The notes under the pieces: generated by a model
What the model was told of the DNA's origin: nothing
Databases searched by the model: none
The model's input: the letters and a program-made list of their open reading frames with translations, nothing else
Translations under genes and position numbers: made by a program
DNA from: an uncultured Clostridia bacterium
Lineage (GTDB): Bacteria > Bacillota > Clostridia > TANB77 > CAG-508
Length of the DNA: 64,000 bases
Direction: 5' to 3'
Assembly: GCA_944386385.1 (NCBI GenBank)
Contig: CALXAV010000002.1
Location: forward strand, 65,366-129,365
In this document: positions 1 to 8,657 of the stretch, one piece after another
Layout: every line of letters starts with the position of its first letter
Numbering within the stretch: the stretch's first letter is position 1

Positions 1-2
1 CA

Positions 3-584
3 TTGTTAGACAACGAAAAAGCATTAAATGAAATTGAAAATGCTTTAAAAGATAAAAGTGATAAAACCATACTTATTGTAGGAAAGAACAAAATCAGTGA
101 AAAGGAGATAGCTCTTATTGATCTTCAAATAAATAACCAATATATAAATAGCAATGGAGAAACGAAAAATGCAATTGATGAGGCCATAAGACAGTATACA
201 ATTTTGCAAAACGCAGAACAAATAAATATTTTCTTGACAGATGAAGAAGTTAAAGAAATTGAGACTAATGTAAATGAATATACAAATGCAAATGAAAAAG
301 AAATGCAAAATATCTTAGAAACATTTAATATGACTTATGATCAGTTTATCAACTTTTATATTGATAGAACAAAGAAACTTGAAATAATTTCTAAGTGGGA
401 AGCTAATATTATTGATAAAATTAATAATGGAGAAATTCAAATTGAAAGTGAAGATTTTACTAACAAATATACAGAATATAAAGCTTGTGAAGATATTTCA
501 AGAAAAACGTCTTTATTATTAGAGCTATTAAAAATATATGAAGAATATTTAACTAATCAATCATCAATTGAATATTTAAATTAA
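3..584 (+). CDS. hypothetical protein, 5' end outside window
   Basis: Frame open from window edge to stop at 582-584; hairpin terminator follows; no family recognised. Confidence 0.5.
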   Translation: MLDNEKALNEIENALKDKSDKTILIVGKNKISEKEIALIDLQINNQYINSNGETKNAIDEAIRQYTILQNAEQINIFLTDEEVKEIETNVNEYTNANEKEMQNILETFNMTYDQFINFYIDRTKKLEIISKWEANIIDKINNGEIQIESEDFTNKYTEYKACEDISRKTSLLLELLKIYEEYLTNQSSIEYLN

Positions 585-600
585 ACTTTAAAATATAAAA

Positions 601-631
601 TACAAGTAGAGAATTTACATCTCTACTTGTA
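601..631. terminator. bidirectional hairpin between convergent genes
   Basis: TACAAGTAGAGA / TCTCTACTTGTA perfect 12-bp arms. Confidence 0.55.
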
Positions 632-1322
632 TAAAATATTTAACATGATGACTATTATTTGAAATTGTTTGGGAATCAAATTCAAGGTGTAAAATTTTAT
701 AGCCATGTTTTAAATCATCAGTATAATACTTAAAAACTATATTAGTTGCATCATCTGGCAATTTATCTGGAAAAGAAGAAACTTCTTCTTTTGCAAAGTA
801 ATGAGTTTTTACAAATTCATATCTATTAATATTAGTTACTTCACAACTGTTTACTGCGAAAGATGCTATAATTAAAAATACAAACTGTATAATAAATATA
901 GGTAAAAGGAAACTAAAAAAGTTAACTATAATATCACTCAAAAATTTTCTATTCATCTTAATTTTTTTAGAAAATGAGAAATGACTGAAAATTATTATAA
1001 GCATAAACAGTAAAAATATTATACTAATATTGTAATGATTACTAATTAATAAGTAGTATAATATTTCATAAGTTTCAAGAGCAAAAAAGCAAACAATACT
1101 ACATAATAAAAATTTATAATTTATAGTTACTTTAGTAGACTCTTTTTTCTTTTTAAACAAATAAAGTAAAATATATAAAAAAAATGGTATAAGTAATATC
1201 AACAGAAAGACCACGGATTCATTTATAGTATGTAATAAAAATTCTCGAACAATGAAATACATATCTATATAAAAGAGAATTAGAAATGTTGTATAGGAAA
1301 ATGCAGTTTTTAAATTATTCAT
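615..1322 (-). CDS. polytopic membrane protein, unknown function
   Basis: Several hydrophobic segments; GGAGG 8 nt before ATG at 1322 (track start 1337 is a TTG too close to the SD). Confidence 0.55.
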   Translation of the reverse strand: MNNLKTAFSYTTFLILFYIDMYFIVREFLLHTINESVVFLLILLIPFFLYILLYLFKKKKESTKVTINYKFLLCSIVCFFALETYEILYYLLISNHYNISIIFLLFMLIIIFSHFSFSKKIKMNRKFLSDIIVNFFSFLLPIFIIQFVFLIIASFAVNSCEVTNINRYEFVKTHYFAKEEVSSFPDKLPDDATNIVFKYYTDDLKHGYKILHLEFDSQTISNNSHHVKYFIQVEM

Positions 1323-1413
1323 ATCTTTTTCCTCCAAACAATATTTTATATTAATATACCATTAAAATACTTAATTGTAAATATCAACATTTAATAACAA
1401 GGAGGTTGGATAT

Positions 1414-2085
1414 ATGAAAAAAAGAGTAATTATAATAAGTATAATTATGATAATAATTATTACTATAGCTATTGTTTTAATTTTTTCTAAAAGCTCAAAT
1501 AATAAAGAAAATATAAATTCAGTAGAGAAAAGTCAACCACAAGCTACAAGTGATTCAACGCAATTAGCACTAGAAGATACAGATATGGAAATGAGACAAA
1601 AAGAACTAGATGAGAAAATAAAAACGATTTTGTATGGAATATTAAACATTACAGGTGAAGTTGAAGAAGAATATAATGAAGCAAATGTAAATAAAGTAGT
1701 TGACGAATTAACTATTAAAAATGGAATATATATTTCGGAAAAGGGAAGAGAAAAAATATTAAATTTAATAAACAATACAACAAACTGTAAATATGAAGTT
1801 GATGATGAAGGATATTTAATTAACACTACAGGTAAATCTACAAACGAAATATCTCAAAAGATAGATGAATTAATATCTGGAAATAAATGTATCATACTTG
1901 ATTATAATATATATTATTATTGCATATTAGGAAACGATATTTGTACTTTTAATATCGAACCAACAGAATATATGGAAAAATTCGAAGGAAACAATATTAT
2001 TCTTATGGTACTAAATCCAAATAAATATGAACAAGAGTATGAATCAGCCGCCGATTTAATAAATCAAATTATAAATAATGCTTAA
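1414..2085 (+). CDS. N-terminally anchored exported protein, unknown function
   Basis: AGGAGG RBS; single N-terminal TM segment (IIISIIMIIIITIAIVLIF). Confidence 0.55.
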   Translation: MKKRVIIISIIMIIIITIAIVLIFSKSSNNKENINSVEKSQPQATSDSTQLALEDTDMEMRQKELDEKIKTILYGILNITGEVEEEYNEANVNKVVDELTIKNGIYISEKGREKILNLINNTTNCKYEVDDEGYLINTTGKSTNEISQKIDELISGNKCIILDYNIYYYCILGNDICTFNIEPTEYMEKFEGNNIILMVLNPNKYEQEYESAADLINQIINNA

Positions 2086-2105
2086 TAAATAGAAAAGAGG
2101 AAGAA

Positions 2106-2405
2106 ATGCAAAAAATTACTAAAACTGAGTTAGAAATTTTAAAAGTATTATGGGACAAACCGCTTTCTATAAAAGAATTAGCAAGTAAATTAAATAAAAA
2201 TTTCAACACTGTTAAAACCTTAGTTTATAGGCTAATAAATAAAAATATTATAATTGCAAAAAAAGAAGAAAAAGGCTGCGTCTATATATGTAATATTAGT
2301 AAAGATAAGTTTGTCAAACAAGCGACAAAAACTTTTCTGGAATTTTTCTATGATAATGATGCTAAAAGATTAATAGAAGATATAAAAGAATTAAAAAGAC
2401 TATAA
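2106..2405 (+). CDS. BlaI/MecI/CopY-type winged-helix repressor (short)
   Basis: 'TELEILKVLWDKPLSIKELASKL...TVKTLVYRLINKNII' matches the penicillinase-repressor N-domain pattern; hairpin terminator after stop. Confidence 0.6.
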   Translation: MQKITKTELEILKVLWDKPLSIKELASKLNKNFNTVKTLVYRLINKNIIIAKKEEKGCVYICNISKDKFVKQATKTFLEFFYDNDAKRLIEDIKELKRL

Positions 2406-2542
2406 CTATTTATAGTCTTTTTTATAATAAAAATAAATAAAAAAATTTTTAAAAATAGGTGTAACTTTTAACAATATTCGATGTAATATTATTGTAAAAA
2501 AACTTAGGATAAACTAAAATATAATTATAAGAAGGAGAAGAA

Positions 2543-3088
2543 ATGGAAGGGAAAACAGATAAAGAATTATATTTGGATTTTTTGAATGGAAATAATGAAG
2601 CTTTTGATGAAATAATGAAGAGATATAAAGATAAATTAATAAATTTCATCAAAAGATACGTAAAGAGTTTTGAAGTAGCAGAAGATTTGTCTCAGGACAC
2701 TTTTGTATATGTTTTGATAAATAGAAAAGAATATGATTTCAATTATAATTTAAAAACTTATTTATATCTTATTGCTAAATGTAGAGCATTAAATTACTTA
2801 AATAGACAAAAGAAAATTGTAAAGTTTGATGAGAACTATGTTAAAACGCAAGAAAGCACCGAAATGGTAGAAGATAATTTGATAAGAGAAGAAAATAGGG
2901 AAGAGGTAAGGATGGCATTTAATAAATTAAAACCCGAATACCAGTCCGCGCTTTTATTAAGAGATATTGAAAAATTTAATTATAAAGAAATATGTAAAAT
3001 TCTGAATAAAAATTTATCACAAGTAAAAATCTTAATATACAGAGCAAGAAAATCATTAGAAAAAAAATTAAAGGAGGAAAGAAGATGA
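2543..3088 (+). CDS. ECF-type RNA polymerase sigma-70 factor
   Basis: Region 2 ('DLSQDTFVYVL') and region 4 HTH ('YKEICKILNKNLSQVKILIYRARKSL'); ATGA overlap with next gene. Confidence 0.85.
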   Translation: MEGKTDKELYLDFLNGNNEAFDEIMKRYKDKLINFIKRYVKSFEVAEDLSQDTFVYVLINRKEYDFNYNLKTYLYLIAKCRALNYLNRQKKIVKFDENYVKTQESTEMVEDNLIREENREEVRMAFNKLKPEYQSALLLRDIEKFNYKEICKILNKNLSQVKILIYRARKSLEKKLKEERR

Positions 3089-4116
3089 TAAATAAAGAAT
3101 ATTATGATAAAGTATGGAAAAAATATCAAGTTATGAAAAATCCCAATAAGAGAGACTCTTTCTATAATGGACATTATTATACCTCTAACAAAATAAATAA
3201 TAATAATATTTATAAGATGGTGGCAATGTTTATAGCCGTTATTATAGGAACTGCTGGACTGGTTTATGGTGCAGGTGCATTGTACCAATATATATTACAA
3301 GAAACCTCAAATGCAAATCCTTCTTTTATTAATGTAGATAGCAATTCAGAGGGATATGAAAAATTGGGATTTAAACTTATAACAGATTTGCATGATTTTT
3401 ATTATAAGAAAATCATAAACTATGAAGATTATACAGAATGTAAAAGATATATAAATTCATTATTAGAAATGACAGAAGATGATTTCAAAGAAAATTTTTT
3501 AATTGTTGTAATATCCGCAAATTCAAATACAGGAGGATTGCATATTTCAAATATAGAATCAGACAACTCAACTCTATATATTGAAGTAGATAAAAGTGAA
3601 GAAGAAAACGCCGGAAAAGGTATGGTATCTGCTAAAGTAGATAAAAATTTAAATAGAGATAATATTAAATTAACAGAAAAAAAAGAAGAAACATATTCAA
3701 TAAATTATACACCAATTAAAGAATTACCAAAGGATTATACATTAGAAGAAGCCGTAAATGATAACTGTTTTGTTATAGATAAAGATGGAGAAGTAATATC
3801 AAATAATAAAGAAAGAATTACAGATTTTATTAATAATACTCAAAATGGAAATGATGATTTTATACGAATAGTAAGTACAAATGGGGTAAGTAAAGAAACT
3901 GAAGAAAATGCAATAATTATTACAGATATACAATATGACAATGGAAGTTATAAAGTATGCAGAGATCAAAGCAGATGTATATCTTTGGGAAATGACATAG
4001 AATATTATTATAATACGTATTCAAAAATAGAAGATGTAAAAAATGATGCTTTTGCACAAAATTGTGTTAGATTAACTAGTTTATATGATGTATTGGTAGT
4101 CGCTTTTTATAAATAG
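3085..4116 (+). CDS. putative anti-sigma factor, single-pass membrane protein
   Basis: Translationally coupled to the sigma gene; one TM ('MVAMFIAVIIGTAGLVYGAGALY'); large extracytoplasmic domain. Confidence 0.5.
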   Translation: MINKEYYDKVWKKYQVMKNPNKRDSFYNGHYYTSNKINNNNIYKMVAMFIAVIIGTAGLVYGAGALYQYILQETSNANPSFINVDSNSEGYEKLGFKLITDLHDFYYKKIINYEDYTECKRYINSLLEMTEDDFKENFLIVVISANSNTGGLHISNIESDNSTLYIEVDKSEEENAGKGMVSAKVDKNLNRDNIKLTEKKEETYSINYTPIKELPKDYTLEEAVNDNCFVIDKDGEVISNNKERITDFINNTQNGNDDFIRIVSTNGVSKETEENAIIITDIQYDNGSYKVCRDQSRCISLGNDIEYYYNTYSKIEDVKNDAFAQNCVRLTSLYDVLVVAFYK

Positions 4117-4321
4117 ATAGTTAAACACTTATAATAGGTTTTATAACAAAGTAGTATAATTATTTTTAAATTTATATTACTTTGTTTTTTAAAAAATTAT
4201 GTAACCTTTCTATCTTTTGTATCTTTTTAACAATTTTTGGTAAAAATAGTGTATAAATATAATGAAGCACAAAAGTGCCTCAAATTTTGGTGTCTAAACC
4301 CAAATGGGTTTTGACATAACT

Positions 4322-4338
4322 AAAGTCATTTCTTGGCA
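4322..4338. repeat. left arm of 17-bp perfect inverted repeat bracketing the GC-rich gene
   Basis: AAAGTCATTTCTTGGCA; exact reverse complement at 5404-5420. Confidence 0.95.
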
Positions 4339-4365
4339 GAAAACACGAGAGAGAAAGGAACTATC

Positions 4366-5376
4366 ATGACTAACGTGTCAAGACGTGGTTTTTTGGCAGG
4401 TATGGGGTTGGTGACGAGTGGCTTGCTTTCTATGGCAATGCCAACTGAACAAGCTTTTGCTGCTACAACTCCAATTACTGCATGGTCTGATCATTCTCAG
4501 ACCGTTTACTCTGGACCTTCATATTCCTATGTTTCAGTAGGAAGTATTGGAAATGAAACTGTATATGTCATGGGTACAGAGCAAGGTTGGTATAAAATCA
4601 TCTACAATGTCGGAAATGGGGCAACCCAAAAATCCGGATATGTTCCGATCAGTGAGCTGAGGAACGTAAGTGGTGGAACTCCACAGGAAGATGATTTTTG
4701 GGGCGGAATTGTAATTTCTGCGACCAACCAGACAGTGTATAGTTGTGATGACTATGCAAAAAAGGTAAACATTGGCTCTGTTTCCGCTATGGAGGGCATC
4801 ACTAAGCTGTATGGCTATAATGCTTCTTCGTCGGGCGGTGGCTCGTATCCAGTTGCATTTGTTGAATACTCAACTAGTAGTGGCCCCAAGAGAGGATATA
4901 TCTTTAATCCTAACTTCATCTATGTAGGCAACACTTGTGTTGCTAGAGTGACGCAAGGAACAAATGTTTCCTACGGTTATCATTCAGGATTTAATTTCCT
5001 CAATGCGGGATCGGTAAGTGCCGGTGAATATGTTGCTGTAATTGCTACATCTGACAGCAAGAATCTGGCATATATCGAATACAATACAAATAACAAGAGG
5101 AAGCGTGGATACGTTTCTAAGAGTTGCCTGAGAATGTATCATGAGGACAACTTGCCGAATTTGTATGGTTTCGGTATTAATCCGTATGGAATCACTATGG
5201 GAGGCAATAGTGATGTTTATGCAGGCCCATCAAAGCAATACAACAAGGTTGGTAGCGTGTATGCCAACGAGGTAGTTGCTTTTGTGGCTGAAGTTCCTAT
5301 AAATGGTGTCTATTACAGGTATATTTACTATGATGTAGATGGCACCAACAGCCAGAAGGCTGGTTTCCTGGTTTAA
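4366..5376 (+). CDS. Tat-signal secreted protein with four SH3b-like repeats, GC-rich
   Basis: AAAGGA RBS before ATG 4366; twin-arginine 'SRRGFLAG', 'AFA|A' cleavage-like site; four repeats ending in basic-G-Y/F motifs (KSGYVP, KRGYIF, KRGYVS, KAGFLV); about 47% G+C in an 80-nt hand-counted stretch. Confidence 0.75.
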   Translation: MTNVSRRGFLAGMGLVTSGLLSMAMPTEQAFAATTPITAWSDHSQTVYSGPSYSYVSVGSIGNETVYVMGTEQGWYKIIYNVGNGATQKSGYVPISELRNVSGGTPQEDDFWGGIVISATNQTVYSCDDYAKKVNIGSVSAMEGITKLYGYNASSSGGGSYPVAFVEYSTSSGPKRGYIFNPNFIYVGNTCVARVTQGTNVSYGYHSGFNFLNAGSVSAGEYVAVIATSDSKNLAYIEYNTNNKRKRGYVSKSCLRMYHEDNLPNLYGFGINPYGITMGGNSDVYAGPSKQYNKVGSVYANEVVAFVAEVPINGVYYRYIYYDVDGTNSQKAGFLV

Positions 5377-5403
5377 GGAAAAAAGTCTTAACTAAATAAC
5401 ACT

Positions 5404-5420
5404 TGCCAAGAAATGACTTT
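5404..5420. repeat. right arm of 17-bp perfect inverted repeat
   Basis: TGCCAAGAAATGACTTT = reverse complement of 4322-4338. Confidence 0.95.
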
Positions 5421-5421
5421 G

Positions 5422-5453
5422 CTCGTACCAGTCTTAACTGGTACGAGTTTTTT
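5422..5453 (+). terminator. rho-independent terminator of the GC-rich gene
   Basis: CTCGTACCAG / CTGGTACGAG 10-bp stem, 6-nt loop, T6 tail. Confidence 0.85.
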
Positions 5454-5573
5454 AATAAAGAAAATGATAAACATCTATTTAAAAATAATTAATTAAAAAC
5501 ATATAAATTGAACCACGCTTTACTTTATTAACATAATATGGTATAATAATAAATGTTAGGAGTGAAGCAAATA

Positions 5574-6452
5574 ATGTTAGATATAAATATGAATTTATAC
5601 AAAGTTTTTTATAAAGTAGCTCAATATAAATCTTATTCTGATGCAAGCGATAAAATGATGATTAGCAAGTCAGCAATAAGTAATTATATTAAGAAATTAG
5701 AAGAACAGTTAAATACAAAGCTTTTTTACAGAGAGAACAATGGTGTAAAGCTAACTAAAGAAGGGGAAGAATTATACAAATATGTAGAAAAAAGTATGGA
5801 AATGATTGAAGCTGGTGAAAAGACTTTATTGCAAAAGAATAATTTAGAAACTGGAGAAATTTCTGTTGCAGCTTTATCACATATAGCAGAATTTTATTTA
5901 ATGCCTAGAATTGAAAAGATAAAGAAAAAACATAAAGGCTTAAATATAAAATTAATAACTGCATCTACTGGGGAAGAATTATTAAGACTACTAGAAAATC
6001 ATAAAGTCGATTTTATATTAGACAGTACAAAACTAGATATTAATAATAGTCAAATTGTTAATAAAAAAGTAAAAGATATAGAAAACATTTTTATTGCAAA
6101 AGATCCTATACAAATAAAAAAATTAAAAGATTTGGAGAAGTATGATTTTATATTAGGTTTAGAATATACTTCTACAAGTAAGCGATTAGTAAGAAAATTG
6201 AAAGAAAATGGAGTTCATATAAAGTCTACATTAGAAATAGATATTACAGAGCTAAAGATTAGTGCAGTAAAAAGAGGTCTTGGTATTGGATATGTAATGA
6301 AAGATAGTGTACAACAAGAACTTAATAATAAGGAATTATATGAGGTAAAAGTGCCAATGGAACTATCAAAGTCAACATTGAGACTATCATTTTTAAATGG
6401 TCAATTAGGAAAGTTGGATAAAAAATTTATAAAAGATTATTTGTTAGTCTAA
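5574..6452 (+). CDS. LysR-family transcriptional regulator
   Basis: N-terminal HTH 'YKVAQYKSYSDASDKMMISKSAISNYIKKLEEQLNTKLFYR' plus substrate-binding domain; AGGAGTG before ATG 5574. Confidence 0.85.
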   Translation: MLDINMNLYKVFYKVAQYKSYSDASDKMMISKSAISNYIKKLEEQLNTKLFYRENNGVKLTKEGEELYKYVEKSMEMIEAGEKTLLQKNNLETGEISVAALSHIAEFYLMPRIEKIKKKHKGLNIKLITASTGEELLRLLENHKVDFILDSTKLDINNSQIVNKKVKDIENIFIAKDPIQIKKLKDLEKYDFILGLEYTSTSKRLVRKLKENGVHIKSTLEIDITELKISAVKRGLGIGYVMKDSVQQELNNKELYEVKVPMELSKSTLRLSFLNGQLGKLDKKFIKDYLLV

Positions 6453-6574
6453 ATTGAAAAACAGTCAAATATGGCTGTTTTTTTATGTGAACAGCCGTTG
6501 ATGTTTTGATAATAGACAAATGGTAAAAACTGGTATATAATCAACATACATAATATAGGAAGGATGTTAAAATA

Positions 6575-7759
6575 ATGAAAAAAAGAGAAGTATGTTGGTT
6601 AATTACAACAAGGTGCAATCAAAAATGTGCTTATTGTCATGGATTTAGAAATATTCCAGAATTAAGTCTTGAAGAAAATAAAGAAGTTCTTATGAAATTA
6701 ATAAGAGCAGGTGTAAATTATATAACTTTTTCAGGTGGAGAAGCATTGTTATATCCTAATATCATAGAATTGTTAAAAATAGCAAAACAAAACGGAGTAA
6801 AAAGTAAATTAATAACAAATGGTTCTATAATTGCAAATAGTGAAAAAATGAGAGAAGCAATAAATTATTTAGATACTATAACACTATCATTAGATACAAT
6901 TAATGATGATATAAATGAGCAAATGGGTAGAGGCAGAAATCATTTCGCAGAAATAAAAAAAGTATTAGATATTTTAAGAGATAAAGATATTAGAATAAAA
7001 ATAAATACTGTTGTAACAAAATTAAATATTGATTATATAGAAGAACTTGGAGAATTTTTAAATTCTAATTATAAAATAAATGAATGGAGAATATTTAGAT
7101 TCGCTCCATTAAGAGAATTAGCAAAAGAAAATGAAGAAAAATTTGAAATCACAGATGAACAATTTAAGTCTACTAAAGAAATATTCCAAAAAAATTATAA
7201 AAACATAGGTAAAGTAAATTACAGAGATAATGATGATATGGAAAGCAAATATAATCTTGTTACTGCAAATGGAAATATTGTTAGAACAATAAATAAGAAA
7301 GATATAGTAATAGGAAATGCTTTAAATCAAGGAGTAAATGAAATTGTAAAAATAATGAATGAAGATTATAATAGAAATTATTTAAAAGACAAAATTAAAG
7401 TGATAGTTTCTTATGATAATGATAATATATTAAATAGATTGGTTAATACAATAAATAATATAGATTATGCTGAGGTTGTTGCAACTGCTAAAAATTCTGA
7501 AGAAACATTTAATAAGATAATGGATAAAAGACCAGATATGGTGTTTTCAAAGTTTGACATTAATGTAATAAAAAAATCAGAAGAAAAATTAGAACAAAAT
7601 GCTCCTGTTTTCAATTTAATAGAAAACGATATAGGGTTAAAAGATTTTCAAAATGCAATGAGAGCTAGTGGAAATAAAATTAATGCACTAGTAAGAGAAC
7701 CATTTGAAGAAAGAGTAGAGGGAATATTAAAAGACTATAAAGAGTATATTTATAAATAA
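6575..7759 (+). CDS. radical SAM enzyme (MoaA/viperin-like core) fused to a C-terminal degenerate receiver (REC-like) domain
   Basis: C14-x3-C18-x2-C21 ('RCNQKCAYCHG'), 'FSGGEALL', 'ITNGS', 'GRGRNH', 'KINTVV', 'EWRIFRF'; residues from about 273 ('IKVIVSYDND...EVVATAKNSEE...RPDMVFSKFDI...REPFEE') look CheY/Spo0A-like. Confidence 0.75.
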   Translation: MKKREVCWLITTRCNQKCAYCHGFRNIPELSLEENKEVLMKLIRAGVNYITFSGGEALLYPNIIELLKIAKQNGVKSKLITNGSIIANSEKMREAINYLDTITLSLDTINDDINEQMGRGRNHFAEIKKVLDILRDKDIRIKINTVVTKLNIDYIEELGEFLNSNYKINEWRIFRFAPLRELAKENEEKFEITDEQFKSTKEIFQKNYKNIGKVNYRDNDDMESKYNLVTANGNIVRTINKKDIVIGNALNQGVNEIVKIMNEDYNRNYLKDKIKVIVSYDNDNILNRLVNTINNIDYAEVVATAKNSEETFNKIMDKRPDMVFSKFDINVIKKSEEKLEQNAPVFNLIENDIGLKDFQNAMRASGNKINALVREPFEERVEGILKDYKEYIYK

Positions 7760-7764
7760 AAAAC

Positions 7765-7812
7765 AAGAAATAAGTTTTAGATAAAATCTATTAACTTATT
7801 TCTTATTTTTTT
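7765..7812. terminator. bidirectional terminator shared by convergent rSAM and Spo0A-like genes
   Basis: AAGAAATAAGTT / AACTTATTTCTT 12-bp arms, T-run after; A-run before. Confidence 0.7.
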
Positions 7813-8521
7813 TGTATCTAAGATATGTTACAAAGGTTTTCAAAAACTGTTTTGGAGTAATATTATCCTCATAAATATCAAAGATATTAAGCAGTTTGTT
7901 TTGAGTTTTTATTGAACGGTATGTGTTTAATGGAACTAACGAACTTCTGATTCCAGCTTTTACAGTTTTAGCATCAATATTATATTCTTTTGCTATAAAG
8001 TTATAAATACTATCTAAAGATTTTATAGCAGTACGATTATAATAACAATAAAAAATTGCACTACGCATATAATTAGTACCATTAGAACCTAAATTAAAAT
8101 ATAGCCTAGATAAATATACATTAATTTCATCTATCGTTATATCAGCATATTTACATTTGTTTTTCATATTTGACAGAGCTTGTGAAAGATCTCGCAAATT
8201 TTCAGGTTCTGTCAAAATACTATAAACTTTTTCAACATTTCTTAAATCTAAATTTTTAATATCTTTATTTACAGTTAAAATTGTATTACATTTTGAACTT
8301 TCATCATCTAAATTAGTTATCTTATCAATAATATCCGTATAATTTAGATCACTAAAAAATGTATCCAAAATTAATATATTAGGTCTTAATGAAAAATATT
8401 TATTTAAAGTTGTTATTCCATCATTTGTGCTTATAACTTCAAGGTCTTTGTCTTTTGCAAGGTAATTACAATATTGAGAATTTTGTTTTATATTCTCACT
8501 CGCAACAAGAACTTTTAGCAT
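7796..8521 (-). CDS. orphan Spo0A-like regulator: degenerate receiver plus Spo0A C-terminal DNA-binding domain
   Basis: 'GTNYMRSAIFYCY...IAKEYNIDAKTVKAGIRSSL...ITPKQFLKTFVTYLR' aligns by eye with the Spo0A_C motif series; N-domain 'KVLVASEN...ILILDTFF' lacks the DD acidic pocket. Confidence 0.8.
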   Translation of the reverse strand: MLKVLVASENIKQNSQYCNYLAKDKDLEVISTNDGITTLNKYFSLRPNILILDTFFSDLNYTDIIDKITNLDDESSKCNTILTVNKDIKNLDLRNVEKVYSILTEPENLRDLSQALSNMKNKCKYADITIDEINVYLSRLYFNLGSNGTNYMRSAIFYCYYNRTAIKSLDSIYNFIAKEYNIDAKTVKAGIRSSLVPLNTYRSIKTQNKLLNIFDIYEDNITPKQFLKTFVTYLRYKKNKK

Positions 8522-8564
8522 TTAAAACAACTCCTAATAAACAATTATTTTTAAAATCAAGCAT

Positions 8565-8593
8565 ATTATATCATAAACATTATGTAAATTCAA
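8565..8593 (-). promoter_or_regulatory. sigma-A-type promoter of the Spo0A-like gene
   Basis: Minus strand: TTGAAT, 17 nt, TATAAT, about 45 nt before the start codon. Confidence 0.5.
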
Positions 8594-8657
8594 GACAAAT
8601 ATGGAAAAAAATGGAAAAATATGCAAAAAAGCTTAAATCTACAACACTTTTACACCC
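8566..8657. repeat. 92-bp direct repeat, left copy (flanks IS)
   Basis: Identical by eye to 10748-10839; abuts the left IS inverted repeat. Confidence 0.9.

Noticed and set aside
45-308. Numerous 60-120-aa antisense ORFs in the track rich in F/I/L/S/Y/K (for example 45-308, 1533-1826, 2449-2652, 2980-3288, 9428-9610, 10284-10649, 12725-12973, 13207-13747, 25015-25200, 36055-36255, 48210-49044, 59474-59800, 62286-62918)
   Set aside because: They lie antisense to, or overlap, well-supported genes. They lack an SD and have the low-complexity composition expected from reading AT-rich DNA in the wrong frame.
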